Assembly (NCBI GenBank): GCA_030704615.1
Contig: CM060734.1
Span: 48,794,001 to 48,858,000, forward strand
Reading direction: 5' to 3'
Length of the DNA stretch: 64,000 nucleotides
DNA from: Takakia lepidozioides
Lineage: Eukaryota > Plantae > Bryophyta
The notes beneath the pieces are model-generated. The model worked only from the letters and a program-made list of their open reading frames with translations. It was not told the origin of the DNA and made no database searches. The position numbers and the translations under genes are program-made. Shown here in pieces: positions 26,411 through 38,191 of this stretch. Each line of letters opens with the position of its first letter. The first letter of the stretch is position 1.

Positions 26411-26855
26411 GAGGATGATTGCAGCATAAGAAAACAAGTTCGAGGGACAACATGCTCCTGGAACAGAAACCAGAATGAATAATCCATATTGTCAAACCTG
26501 TGACTGCCATTTTCTCACCAAGTCATTCAGTACTTCAGAGAGATAACTTTAATTGGCAAGAGAGTGAAGCCAGCCACACCAGGAATTTCACAGAGCATCA
26601 GATTGAGCAGCAGTTACTCTCGGATATTTCTTGCATTTTCCACATCTCAAAGAAAATGTGCCTACTGGTACACTTCCAGATATAGCCAATTACAGGGTAA
26701 AGACAGCAAGGCATTGCAACTCACTGTCAAGATGATAGCATCAAAGTGTTTTTCTTGCTTCTTGGATGAACCTCCTTTGAAAAAAGAAACTGTCCAGGTA
26801 CTGCATGCTGGATTGCCTTGTCGGTTGTTGGCTAGTCCCACCACTGCTGTATTTA

Positions 26856-27042
26856 GCCTTCTATCACATGAATCAAGTCGTCCACAGTGGTGTCTTCCCT
26901 AAACAGCACCTGCAATCCCATGGTGAGATGTAAAGCACCAATTAGCTCTTCACGGCACCACACAGATACATGGATGGTAGTCACCTATGCATAATGGATC
27001 TTGTATTTGCAAAATTTGGTAACAAAGCTTCTCATCCACATG
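26856..27042 (-). pseudogene. DRG: Captured two-exon fragment of a developmentally regulated GTP-binding protein (DRG)
   Basis: HVDEKLCYQIL(fs)YKIHYA*, then a 75-nt GT-AG intron (26984-26910), then VLFREDTTVDDLIHVIEG*. Matches DRG HVDEKLCYQILHEYKIHNAEVLFREDATVDD.IDVIEG. Confidence 0.85.
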
Positions 27043-29584
27043 TAGCTTCTCTCCAAAGGTAGAACTTACTTGCCACTACTGTCCTTGTCAATGGTGATTC
27101 AGTTAGAGTCACCCCTGAATCACGATAACTTGCAGCCCCAAGTGACAACGTTCAGATGTGGACCCACTTTTAAGACCCACCAAATGTCATTTATGCCCAG
27201 TCCTCTGCCAAGTCACAGATACACACAACTATCAGGGTTTCTATCAGTTGTTGCTTGATTAGTTTGCAGCTTATTGCTGCTCACACAACCTGGATGCATA
27301 GAACCTTGCATGGGAGCTTTTACTATTTGGTCACAGGCTACTAACACATCCTTAATGCTTATCCTTGCCTGGAGATTCCGATAGCAACTATGGGAAATTG
27401 AACATACTGAGTGGGCCTATTGTTGTGCAAGATTGCTTGCTTCTCGTTAGAGGAGTATCAGACAGCAAAAACGTCATTTTTAGCAGGGTCTACCAAAATA
27501 CAGGGTTCAAGACATGAATTTGGAAGTGCACTACCTAGTTGGATCAGAGCCTTCTTCCGAGCAGAGCATTCTTTTCCGCGCTGCAGTGTCATCTGCTGCC
27601 AAAAATTTGGAAGACAAGCTTCCACCCGCTGTTCCACATCATCATCATCGTTCGTTGTGACTTCAAGCTTCTGATTCTGCAGGTCAAGTTCCTTGGTTTC
27701 AGCTGGGGCGCTTGCTACAGCAATGCCATGCACAAAAGCCGAACAAACTCTGCAGGAATGAAAATTTCCATGGAATCATAAACAAGGCACCGAGGAAGAC
27801 AGCAAAGGATCGAATGAGCTCATTGTTACCTGCAAAGCCTGGACAGTCAAGCGGTTGTTCCTTTGAAAGAGGATCAGTGGTATGCAATGAAGCCTTCAGA
27901 CATGACACACAAGACCAGAGTTTGCTTGGTGTACTCTCTCGATCTGGGAAGAGCTCCTCTGCCGCGCAGCAGCAAAACTCTGGCCTTGAGCTGCGGAGCC
28001 CTGAACCGGGCGGTTTCCTTCTTTGTTCCCCAATTTTCCGAAAATATTAAAAACATATTATATACATGTGGCCTAGGGTTTTAGGGCCTGAGGTCATGTG
28101 GCCTCGGATCTAGTTTTAGGGCCTAAGGCCTAGTTATGGACAAACGACCTCAAAGCCTACGCCCAAGCCGAATTGCCCCAGGTCTTACAACCTCGAGCCT
28201 TATGTCCTTAGGCTACAAATTTTTACTTAAAGCTGACCGATGAGGAAATGCCAATAAAATATATGTATTAAATTTACTTTATACGACTTTGTTGGAAGGT
28301 ATTATACGTATTTTGGCCTGAGGTTCAATGTCAAGCCCAAGAGAATCTTGTCTCGAGCATAAAAGAATCTTGCCTTGAGGATAAAAGAGATTCTCCTAAT
28401 AATGTCGTTGAAAAGATAATCTTATCTTGAGATTAAAGAATACTCTTCCCAAGTCCTATGGTTTTTGGCATCTTGTCTTCAGGTCCATGGTATTTTGGAA
28501 TCTTTTCCAGAATGGCTCTTTTGGGCTTCCGTAGGTGGTCCGTGGATCATACTTTGGATGCCTGAAAATCGGACTCCGGAGAGAGCCATAGCTATTAAGG
28601 TATCAGGGTAGTGCGTGGATCGATGTCACTCAAAAACCCTGGAACCTTCCTAAACATCTCTTGAACTCTAACGTACTGCATTGTACAGAGTGCAATTTGT
28701 ATGCAACCCGTTAAGATTATGACATCTGTGATAGTAGAGAGAGGGATTGATCCAGGGAAAGATTGTTATCCATACCATTTCCTGAAAAATGGGAAAGGAA
28801 AGGAAGGTTTGAACGTTTCAACATTGAGAAAAGAGGAAGTGGGTGGGCTGCTATTTTCAACTAAGCTACCTATTTTCACACACAGGAAGTGAGTCTTGTA
28901 AAAGTGAAACAGAAAAAGTGCAGTCCTCCACAAAGAAGAACGACGGTCTTGTGGTCTTAATTGTAAGGGCGTAGACACACGGGCGGCAATCGAGATGAAT
29001 CGGAGACGACCATTGGCCGAGGGGAAACCGCGGGAGGAAGCACGTTCTACCGGAAGCTGATGTGTCTATTGACTTGGACGGTTTTGGAAACCGCAACACT
29101 CCCAGGCACTTCCGGGCTGGAAGTGCCGGGCTGGAAGTGCCGCGCACCTCTGAAAAGTTTTGTCGTGATGTGAAATGCAGGGCCCACCGTCTTCGGGAAG
29201 ACTCTTCACTACAGAGATCTACATCGTCGATGGTTTCCACAAAGTCAGGAAAATCCACGGTTGATCACCAAGGGAACGTCTATCTACTTTCACTCGTGTG
29301 TTTGTTGCAACATCCACCCTAGCCTATGTGTCAAAAGTGGGTGGAAGAAGGGGTGTCACACGCTCTCTTCCACTGCCGCTCGTGAGAAAAGGTCCTCAGT
29401 ATTCATGAAAATTCTCCTGTAGACTGACACTTGGAGTTGCAGTGGACAAGAAAATGGTCAAAGTATGAGGTGGGTGCACGTGGACAAAGCCTCAGTTGCA
29501 AGCCACACTGCACAGCATATAGGGGCTTGATTGGCAATGAAGTGGGGAGTGAAGTGCTAGTTTGTCAGCTGCGCGAAGCTCAGA

Positions 29585-32500
29585 ATGTCGATCCTAAAAA
29601 GCAAGTGCAATATCGGTGTCAGTTTTGCGACCTATTGCGCCTTACTGTCTCTATGTCTTGTAGATTGCTATGTACCACCAGATAACTGTGATTCAAATGG
29701 GTGCACTATTGGGAGTTTTATTGGAGTTTGGCCTGACCGAATTCCTTGCAAGGTACGTAAGCAGAGGCAACTCGTTGCAAGTGCCTTAAATTTCTCCGGA
29801 GCTTGTCTTCGGCATATACAATGCACTGTTGGAGCGAGGCTCATACTCTTCTTCCTTCTGAGAGTTGAAAAATACTCCGCTGGAGATCTTCATCATTTCT
29901 CAGCTTTTCTATCTCAATTTCCCATTTAGTCTTCTCCCCGATGGCCAATCACTCCACCGACTTTGCCATTGCCGTAACCTTCTCCTCTGTTTGCTGGAGC
30001 TTGGCCTGAACAGCCATCAAGTCCTTCATGAGTTGAACTACTATAATTTTCCTTCCGATACAACCAGATTAGCTGTTCTCATGGCCTCCTTCTGTTCCAA
30101 CTCCTCGAGGCGAACACCCCGAACTTCATATTCTTTGTACATCTTCTTCCGCCATATTTGATTTTGTTCTCTTGGCCTCAACAATAATCTTCTCTTTTCA
30201 CACCTCCATGTTGCTTCGGAAAGAAGGCAACTCGTCAAGCAGCAGTGCCCCTATCGTTTCCGGAGCTTGTCTTGCGTCCCACTCTGCCCTCACTAAACTC
30301 TTTTGAAGTGACGCCCTCTTCGTCTTTCTGAGCGAACAGCCGTATTTTACTCTCTTCATCTTTTGTTGAGCAGCTTTTCTGTTCCTTACACGGATTTTTG
30401 GATTGCTTTTGTATTTATCAGTTGGCCAGAGTAATCTACCCGACAACAGAGCAAGAGATTATAGATGCTGTTGCGGATGCAGTAAAGAACAATGTGAAGA
30501 TAAAAGCAGCAAGCAAAGGTCGTCATAGCATGGGCAGACTCATGTGCCCCGGCGGTGAGAGAGGCATTCTGATAAGCACCAGGGACTACACGGCAAACAT
30601 CATTGTGGACGAGGCTTCACGGACTGTGACTGCTGATAGCGGAGTGCAGCTAGGGGATTTGATAAACGCAGTTGCCAAACATGGGCTTGCCCTTGTACAT
30701 ACTCCCTACTGGGCTGGTGTTTCGATTGCAGGCCTTTTGGGTACAGGAGCCCATGGCAGTTCTATTTGGGGCAAAGGCAGTGCCGTGCATGAGTATGTGG
30801 TTGGCATGACACTTGTAGTCCCAGCGTCAGCAGAAGAAGGGTATGCCAAAGTAGTCTCGGTAAAGGAAGGGGATGAAGATTTGAATGCTGCGAAGGTGTC
30901 TCTTGGACTCCTGGGAGTGGTATCACAAGTCACACTACAGCTGGAGCCCATGTTCAAACGTTCAATAACCCACAAGCTGATGAATGACAGTAACATAGAA
31001 GACGACCTTTTCTCTTTCGCAAAGGCTCATGAGTTCGCGGATATCACATGGTATCCAGCACTAGCACAGGCTGTATATAAGATGGATGATAGAGTGCCTC
31101 TGGACACGCCTGGAGACGGAAGAGGCGACCTACCTCTAATGCAGCCATTGCCTGCAGCTGTAGTCAGTGCTTTCAGGAAAAGAGGTAGGGGATGGAGAGC
31201 TATGGCATTTGGAGAGAGGAGTGGCTGGATTTTGTTGATGGATTTGTTTCTGCATGTTTGTTGCCAAGCGTTGGGCGATCTCACCTACAGGGACGTTCCT
31301 GTCGGAGCTGGGCTCTGCCTGCTATCATGTACCCTTCAGCTTACATATAGTATGTTCAGTGGCACGATGTTTTTGCAGAATGATTGAACTCGTCGTTTGA
31401 GGTTAGTACTCAAAGCTGGTGCATCTCTAAGAAAATTTGTCCTCTCCTCCTCTGTACACGAATGTGAAGTCATGAGGGTGTCTCCCTATTGACTGGCATA
31501 GTAAGTAGTATACATTTTTGGATGCCTAAAGATCTAGGAAAATATTGAAGACGCTGATATCCCTGATGCTTACTACTCCTTGGATTTCCTGCAGAGGAGC
31601 TGTGGGAGGCAGAGCGTGATGTGGAGGCGAAATGCGGAGCTGAGCGAGATAGTATTGCATATTTTTTCCTGACAGCCGCTGGACTGACAAACAATGGCAC
31701 TCATTTTGAAGGCTACCCAGTTGTTGGCCGGCACAACCTGCTGCAAACAACAGGCGGATCCGAGAATCCTCCAGAAGGATTCCACTACGGGTGGGATCCA
31801 AGGAACAAAGGACTATTTTTCCATAATATGGCCTTTTCGATTTCTTTCGCAAATGTGAAAGGCTTCATCAGGGACATCAAAAAGCTTCAAGAAGCAAATC
31901 CAAGGTCTTTCTGTGGCTTCTCCTCATACGGAGGGATTATGGTCCGGTTTATTGGTCAGTCCAGCGCTTACCTCGGTAAGAAGGAAGATGTAGTGGATTT
32001 CGATTTCTTCTACTACCGTTCCTTTGAGTTTGAGAATCCCAGGCTAAATCAAGATGTTATTGACGAGATAGAACAGCTAGCATACTTCAAATATGACGGG
32101 TCACCTCACTTCGGCAAGAACCGCAACCTTGCCTTTGAGGGGTTACCCCAAAAAACCCCCCAGCTCTCCAAGTTTCTGGAAGTGAAGAACAGGTTGGATC
32201 CGCAAGGCTTGTTTTCAAATGAGTGGACAGATGCAGTTTTGGGCATTGCTGGTCGGGAAGGGAGTGCACCCACATCAATTTCCATCTTCCAAGACTATTG
32301 TGCTCTGGATGGGTGGTGTATCTGCTCCCATGATCGTCACTGCGCTCCAGAGAAAGGCTACTTCTGCAGACCTGGAATAGTTTACCAAGATGCTCGTGTC
32401 TGCCGATACGAGGTACATTCCCTCTTGTCTGCATCAATCACTTGCCTGGGAGAAGCTGTTGTTGCAAGTGCATGCACTGCATATATAGAATGGAGAATCT

Positions 32501-32698
32501 TCATGTATCTCAGTGACAAGTCCCATACAGCTAGAACAAAACCTCTTTTTGGAATCGGTCTCCTCTCTCACGATATGGCATTGATTGTTGCAGGCTTCGT
32601 CCATCTTGGGGACACCAATCCTTCCAGTCCATCCAGGATATGACGACACTATTAATGGGGTCAGGAATGAGGATCTTAATAATGTAGATTCCATGTAA
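29585..32698 (+). CDS. GulLO: L-gulonolactone oxidase-like FAD-linked oxidoreductase (plant GulLO family), ~617 aa
   Basis: Exons 29585-29752 (signal-peptide-like N-terminus, WPDR..C), 30422-31184, 31595-32412 and tentatively 32594-32698. Motifs VIYPTTEQE, GRHS (FAD-binding His), GLLGTGAHGSS, AAKVSLGLLGVVSQVT, PHFGKNRN, DPQGLFSNEW, and a Cys-rich tail CALDGWCICSHDRHCAP..GYFCRPG. Confidence 0.9.
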
Positions 32699-33062
32699 TT
32701 AATTGTGCACATCAAACACTGGCCTGTTTTCCTGAATAAAGCAATCAACGCTGAAACTCCGGGACCAGCACAGGAATTCCTCGGTTCGCACTTCGCACCG
32801 CTCGAGATAGACAATAAAAAAACAAAGGGACAACGCCTCCCCAAAGAAGTGTAGATTATGGTGTCTCTTCATCAGATTATGATACCTATACATTATGGGT
32901 CCGTCGACATCCACCAGATTGTTGGAGACTTGCCTGATATATGGCTCTGTCCAAAAGGTGGAAAAAAGAGACGGACATAATTTGGTATAAATGCTCGTCT
33001 TAATTTTGAGAGCCTACGTTACTCAGAGACACTATTAATATTTTGCTGAGGCTTCTGTGCTA

Positions 33063-34120
33063 AGATGGAGGCATGGGAAGGGACTGGTTCATCCATCACA
33101 CTCCCCACAAAGGCCTCAAAAAATCCTCGAAAGTTTTCACATTTGTCGGCTCTGCCTCTTCAAGGCGAGGTGTGTGTGTGTGTGTCTGAACGATCGACAC
33201 TCGTGTCGCCGCAGGACGATCAACCCTGTTCTGAACGATGGGTCAAGCTGCAAAATCAGGAAAGGACCCGCATTTTAGTGCATCCTCCAGGTTTGCAAGA
33301 AAAAAAAAAATTGCTGGGCTCATTCCACACACGAATGAAAGAAAGAAAGAAAAGAAACTTCGTTACGCAAGAGAAAGAGAGACACAGATTAGCCCCACCA
33401 AGGATGAAGTAACCCCTTTGTTGTGAGTTCGGAAAAATTATGTCTGGGCTTTCAAGCATTGTATTGTAACAACTGGACGCTTATGGCTGCTTGTGATCGA
33501 CCTATAACTAAGACCCCCCCCTTTTGAGGGCAAGCCTTTGCAAGAATATTTTTCTTTATGGACTTGTGAGCCTATGTCACCGTGATTTGCACTTCCTACT
33601 CTGGTACAATTTTTCACTTGAGGGCACAGTTTTCTCTAGTGCCAATGATCAAACGCACTCTGGGAACAAAATGCTCGTGCTCAAACTTTCACACATGGTG
33701 GACAGTGGCCCACAGAAAGACAAGCATTCTAGTAGCAGTGAGCTCGATAAGCTGCTCCAACAAGATATGAAGCAGCTCAACAATGGGGTGCCTGTCCGGG
33801 CATCTAAATCTGATTCATCCATTTTTCCTTCTGGCCAGTCTGCAAGGTACCGATCAGACCTCAGTAGCATAGTAGAACATACATTTTCCTGTTTCTGTGT
33901 TGGTCGTGACATGGGTTGATGATACTATTGGCTCGATCTCACTTACAGTTGAAATCTACCGCTGATCAACCGTGAGTTGACATTTGTGCCAATTCGCCTT
34001 TAGACAGGTTTAGGACTGGATGGTTATGTATTCCAAATAAATCAAGGGCAAGGATCTTATGGAATGTAGGTTTCGAGCTTTCAACTTGTGGATATTATTG
34101 TCATGGTAGGCAATTGCATA
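33063..34120 (+). pseudogene. Truncated duplicate of the MCD 5' region (upstream sequence, first coding exon and following intron)
   Basis: Collinear blocks match 10883-11057, 12230-12330 and 12995-13720. MVDSGPQKDKHSSSSELDKLLQQDMKQ...SAR (33695-33846) is nearly identical to 13266-13417. It stops just before the next acceptor, where Gypsy sequence begins. Confidence 0.9.
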
Positions 34121-34219
34121 ATGTTGGTCTTGAAATTATCACAGGTCTACCTGAGTAAGGACAGGGGGTTATGTGAGGGGGGTATATTCTTTCAAACCCT
34201 AAACCTGTGCCTCTTTCTT

Positions 34220-36204
34220 TCATATGCATGCTCTAGCCTCCAAGCTCAAGTCGTGTATCTTTTGACAAGTACAGCTACTTTTTTGTGACAGGTAGCTTTC
34301 ATTTCTATTGGCCATGACCGTTTGTTGCAACTCCAGGATATGCTTTTCTTGGTCAGCTTCAACCTGCCTGTATTGCTTGAAAGTATCATCGTTGCGACAG
34401 ATTGTATTCTTCATATCGACAATGAGTTTCATTTGCTCAACATTCTCTTCTTCTGCCTTCGTACATTTTTCCGCTTGACTGTTTATTTCTTTTGTAGATT
34501 GGTCAAGCATAGTTGTGAGTGTAGCACATTGGATGGCTATTCTGTCATGCACTGTCTGCAATTCCATATGTAGTGCATTCATTTCTTGCAACTTGCTTTC
34601 ATGCTTCACCTGCATTTGGTATAGCTGTTGCTTATGTGCTTCGTGCAAGTGGTTTTGTGCGAGACCTGCCTCAATCAATTGTTCCTTGGCCAATTGCAAA
34701 GCCGCTTCTTTACTCTCCAAGTCTTGCTGCATTTTGAGAGTGACCTCTTCATCGACCTTGTTTGCACACTCTGTGGCAAGTCGAGCCTCAAACTCTTTCT
34801 TGAGTTCCTCCCTCAAAGCTGCCAATTGAGTAGTGGGAACATGGGATTTGACATAAGTACCCAACAAATTCAGTGTCCTGCTTATGGAACTTATAAGCAT
34901 AGCCTGTTGAGGGTCATCTTGGTGAGCTTGCTGTTGTTCTCCCTGATCCTCAACATTGTGATGCCTTACAAACCATTCAGGCCATTGCCCCACCAGATTT
35001 TCTTCCTGAACCACTTCATTCGTCACCGGTGCTGCAGTGTCTTGGCATTCTACCTGTGGTACCTCCGTCACAGGTATGTGTACTATATGCACCGCAGGGT
35101 TTCCCCTGGACAATTGTTGCACCTCCGGAATCACTGTGTCCTTGGCCATACCAGAATATTCATAGAGAAGGTCCCCCTTCTCAATTTCTGCCACCACCTG
35201 TTCTGTAGTGGGAATATCTAACCCTTCTTTTTCTAAATCAATTATTTCTGGTGGCACTTCATGGGCAACTTGTGGTAACCTTGTGACAAGCCGATCAGCT
35301 GGCTGTGATGGCTGTGATACTGAAGTAACTTCCTCTTCCCTCTCTGAAGGCCCTGCTTCCAGTAATAGCAGTTCTCTGTGCTGCTGTGCCCCTTCCTACA
35401 CATGAGCTTGGGAAACATTATCATGCGGAATCCGTGAAGCCAGTGGATCCGCCACTACAGTTTTTCCCCGTCTCTGCCTCTTAGTCTCGGGTTGCCCTGC
35501 TAGTCCACCCTCACTGTGTGAAGAGCCTTGCTCTTCCATTGCAGTGGTTTCTGGCTCAAACACTCTCATCTCCTTTCTTTCTTGCGCATCAAGTATGCCA
35601 GAATCAAGAATTATTTGAGCAATGATTGGGCCAGACACTATGATATGAGACTTTGCGGCAGTACCTTGTAATCTTTTCATCTCCTCTACCAGTGCGTTGT
35701 ACATTATGTCCGCCCATTCTACCTCTTGTCCTTTCAGGGCTTTGAGTATTTCCTCCATGAAGGATCTGCTCAAATACAGTTGATTCTGTTTCATGGCAAA
35801 CAGAAAGTTCAATACCTGGCCTACCTCCTTTAGCCCTGGGTACACGGCCTTGGTACAAGCATAACCCTGAGTTTTAAAGAAACTCCCTTCTTGGAATAAG
35901 TCCCCTATTTGCAGTCTTGCCCTGTGCTCCTCCACATGCACCTGACCTGCTGGCAATCGAAACAATTGTTGGAGGTATAGGGGAGTAATTAGTAATTCAA
36001 CTCCCTTCACCGTTGTTGCTCCTGTCCTTGGCTCAAAGTTCTGCAAGAATTGTAACATGTACTGTCTATGGTGCAATGTGATTGCAATCCTTGCAATCTC
36101 AGCTCCTTAAGTATCTGTATCGCCTGTGGGGTAGCAATCGTTTGTTTCTGCAGAATTGTGGTGCTCTTCACCCTGATTTCCTCCATTCCTCTCACTCTCT
36201 TCAT
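34220..36204 (-). pseudogene. Extra sense-strand ORF downstream of pol in the Gypsy element (helical N-terminal part plus long coiled coil), frameshifted
   Basis: ORF-track pieces 36007-36327, 35396-36076 and 34220-35257 chain into one ~650-aa product. The C-terminal half is a heptad-rich E/Q/K coiled coil. Confidence 0.6.
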
Positions 36205-36331
36205 TCTAGACCCACAGAAATGTTTTGGCTGTAACAACTGCAGAAATGCCTGTAGTGCACAAAGCATAAACGTATGGTTGCCACAAAAAGCTATGGGTAA
36301 TTTCTTGTAAGCCTGCGGGGCTTGCAAGCAT

Positions 36332-38187
36332 AATCTTCAGGTCCAAATCAAAGACATAAGTCCTGCAGAAGCATTAGACAACTTCAAAAGAGGATTGAAG
36401 AAGAAAATTCAATGAGAGGTAATTTTACACAACCCGGTTAATGTCCACGAAGCAATTTCATTGGCCCAAAAGATTGAAAGACGCTACCAAGATACGACGA
36501 AGATATACACGTTCCATTGAACCAGTACGGACCAACGCCTATGGAGCTTGGAAATCTTTGAAGACGGGATAACTTCCAATACTTGCAAAGAAATAGACCG
36601 GGAATCAGATATGGGGAAGATAACACACAACGACGAATGAAATTGAATGACAATGATGTGACCTCCTCAACATTCTCACGAACAGAAGGACAAAGGGAAA
36701 CTAGACAATGTTACAACTGTAGAAAATACGGATATCTTGCGGCCAATTGCCGAAGTGGAAGGTACAATCGACAAACTTATCGAAGACATTTATTAATTTA
36801 ACGAGGGAGAAGATAACGAACATCACAATGAGCAGGAAAACGAGCATAACCAGTAAGTAGACCTCGCGGTCTTACTAGTTCTACAAAGAAGAGGAAAGGC
36901 GAGGGGCTCTACAAGGAGAAGAGACAAATCAATCATGCGGGCAAGAAAGAGACGCAGTTAATTGTGGCAGAATGAACCTTGGAAGGTATTCATGTGAAAG
37001 TGTTGATAGACCCTGGGGCAAAAAAAATTTCTTATCTAGGAAGGCTGTCTTGAAACTAGGACTCCCCTTAGAAAAGGATGAAAGAGATGAAGCAGAAATG
37101 TCAAATGGACATACACAGGCCATTGAGACATTACCTAAAAGCATAGAGTTGTCGATCGGTAAATATAGAAAAACCTTAGAATGACGAGTAGTCAGACTGG
37201 CTCAATATGACGTAATATTAGGCATGCCTTGGATGAAATCTCACAATCCCGATGTTGATTGGCGTCGAAAGATAGTCAAAACCCAGAATTAGAAAATATG
37301 GGGAGATCGAGTGAGGACACCATATCGAAACCTACCATCATTTATTATAGGTACTACAACTATACGTAAGAAAGACGTATTATTTGTAGGTTTAATAAGA
37401 GACGTGGAAAATCCAAAAAAAATCATGAGTGAGGTTCCAATAGAATTACATAGTGTTTTGAAAGAGTTCAAAGATGTTTTTCCAGATGACCTACCAGCAC
37501 GACTTTCGCCAAAGAGAAGAGTAGATCATAAGATTGAGGTTGTTCCAAATAGTACTCCTTCTTGTAAAGTCCCTTATCGATTAGCACCAAATGAATTGGA
37601 AGAATGTAAGGCTCAAGTCGAGGACCTACTATCAAAGGGCTTTATAAGACCAAGTGTATCCCCATACGGAGCGCCGGTGTTGTTTGTGAAGAAAAAATAT
37701 GGAGCAATACGCATGTGCATTGATTATCGAGCACTCAACCAGCAGACAGTAAAGAACAAGTACCCGTTACCATGCATGGACGATCTATTTGACCAACTGC
37801 GAGGAGCAAAATACTTTACGAAGCTTGATTTGAGGAGTGGATACAACCAAATTCAAGTTGCTAATGAAGATGTATATAAGACCGTCTTTCGCACTAGGAT
37901 GGCACCCGGTGGTATATTTTTCTCACAAATTGTTACTTGTGGAACAAAATTACCATACAACCGAACGAGAAGAATTGGCTATTGTTTTGGCTACAAAACA
38001 TTGGAAGCACTATCTTGGAGACAAAGAGTTCATAGTGGAGACAGACCATAAACCGTTGGTGTACTTGGAGACACAGATCTATCGAAAAGATAGATTCGTT
38101 GGGCGGAGTGGCGACAACCGTTTAACATGAAGATCGTCTATGTGGAGGGAAAACGGCAATTGGCGGATACAATGACAAGGATGCCGC
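36332..38187 (+). mobile_element. Internal fragment of a second, chromovirus-like Gypsy element (gag-PR-RT-RH), no LTRs
   Basis: CYNCRKYGYLAANC knuckle, [34 protein letters not shown] and [10 protein letters not shown]. An internal deletion near 37900 joins RT to RNase H ([20 protein letters not shown]). Confidence 0.88.
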
Positions 38188-38191
38188 GCAT

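Larger units (their letters stand above)
23500..28500. mobile_element. Pack-MULE-like non-autonomous element with ~500-bp TIRs and captured host-gene fragments
   Basis: 23810-24008 is the near reverse complement of 27910-28105. Weaker inverted similarity extends to ~23500 and ~28500 (e.g. CCTTGGGACTTGAGTGGAATATTC vs GAATACTCTTCCCAAGTCCTATGG). The interior has no transposase but carries pieces of at least 3 genes. No TSD identified, and the outer ends are approximate. Confidence 0.78.

Noticed and set aside
34100-34220. 3' LTR and TCTAT TSD of the Gypsy element
   Set aside because: No copy of 44018-45034 is present at this end; the element abuts the MCD duplicate.
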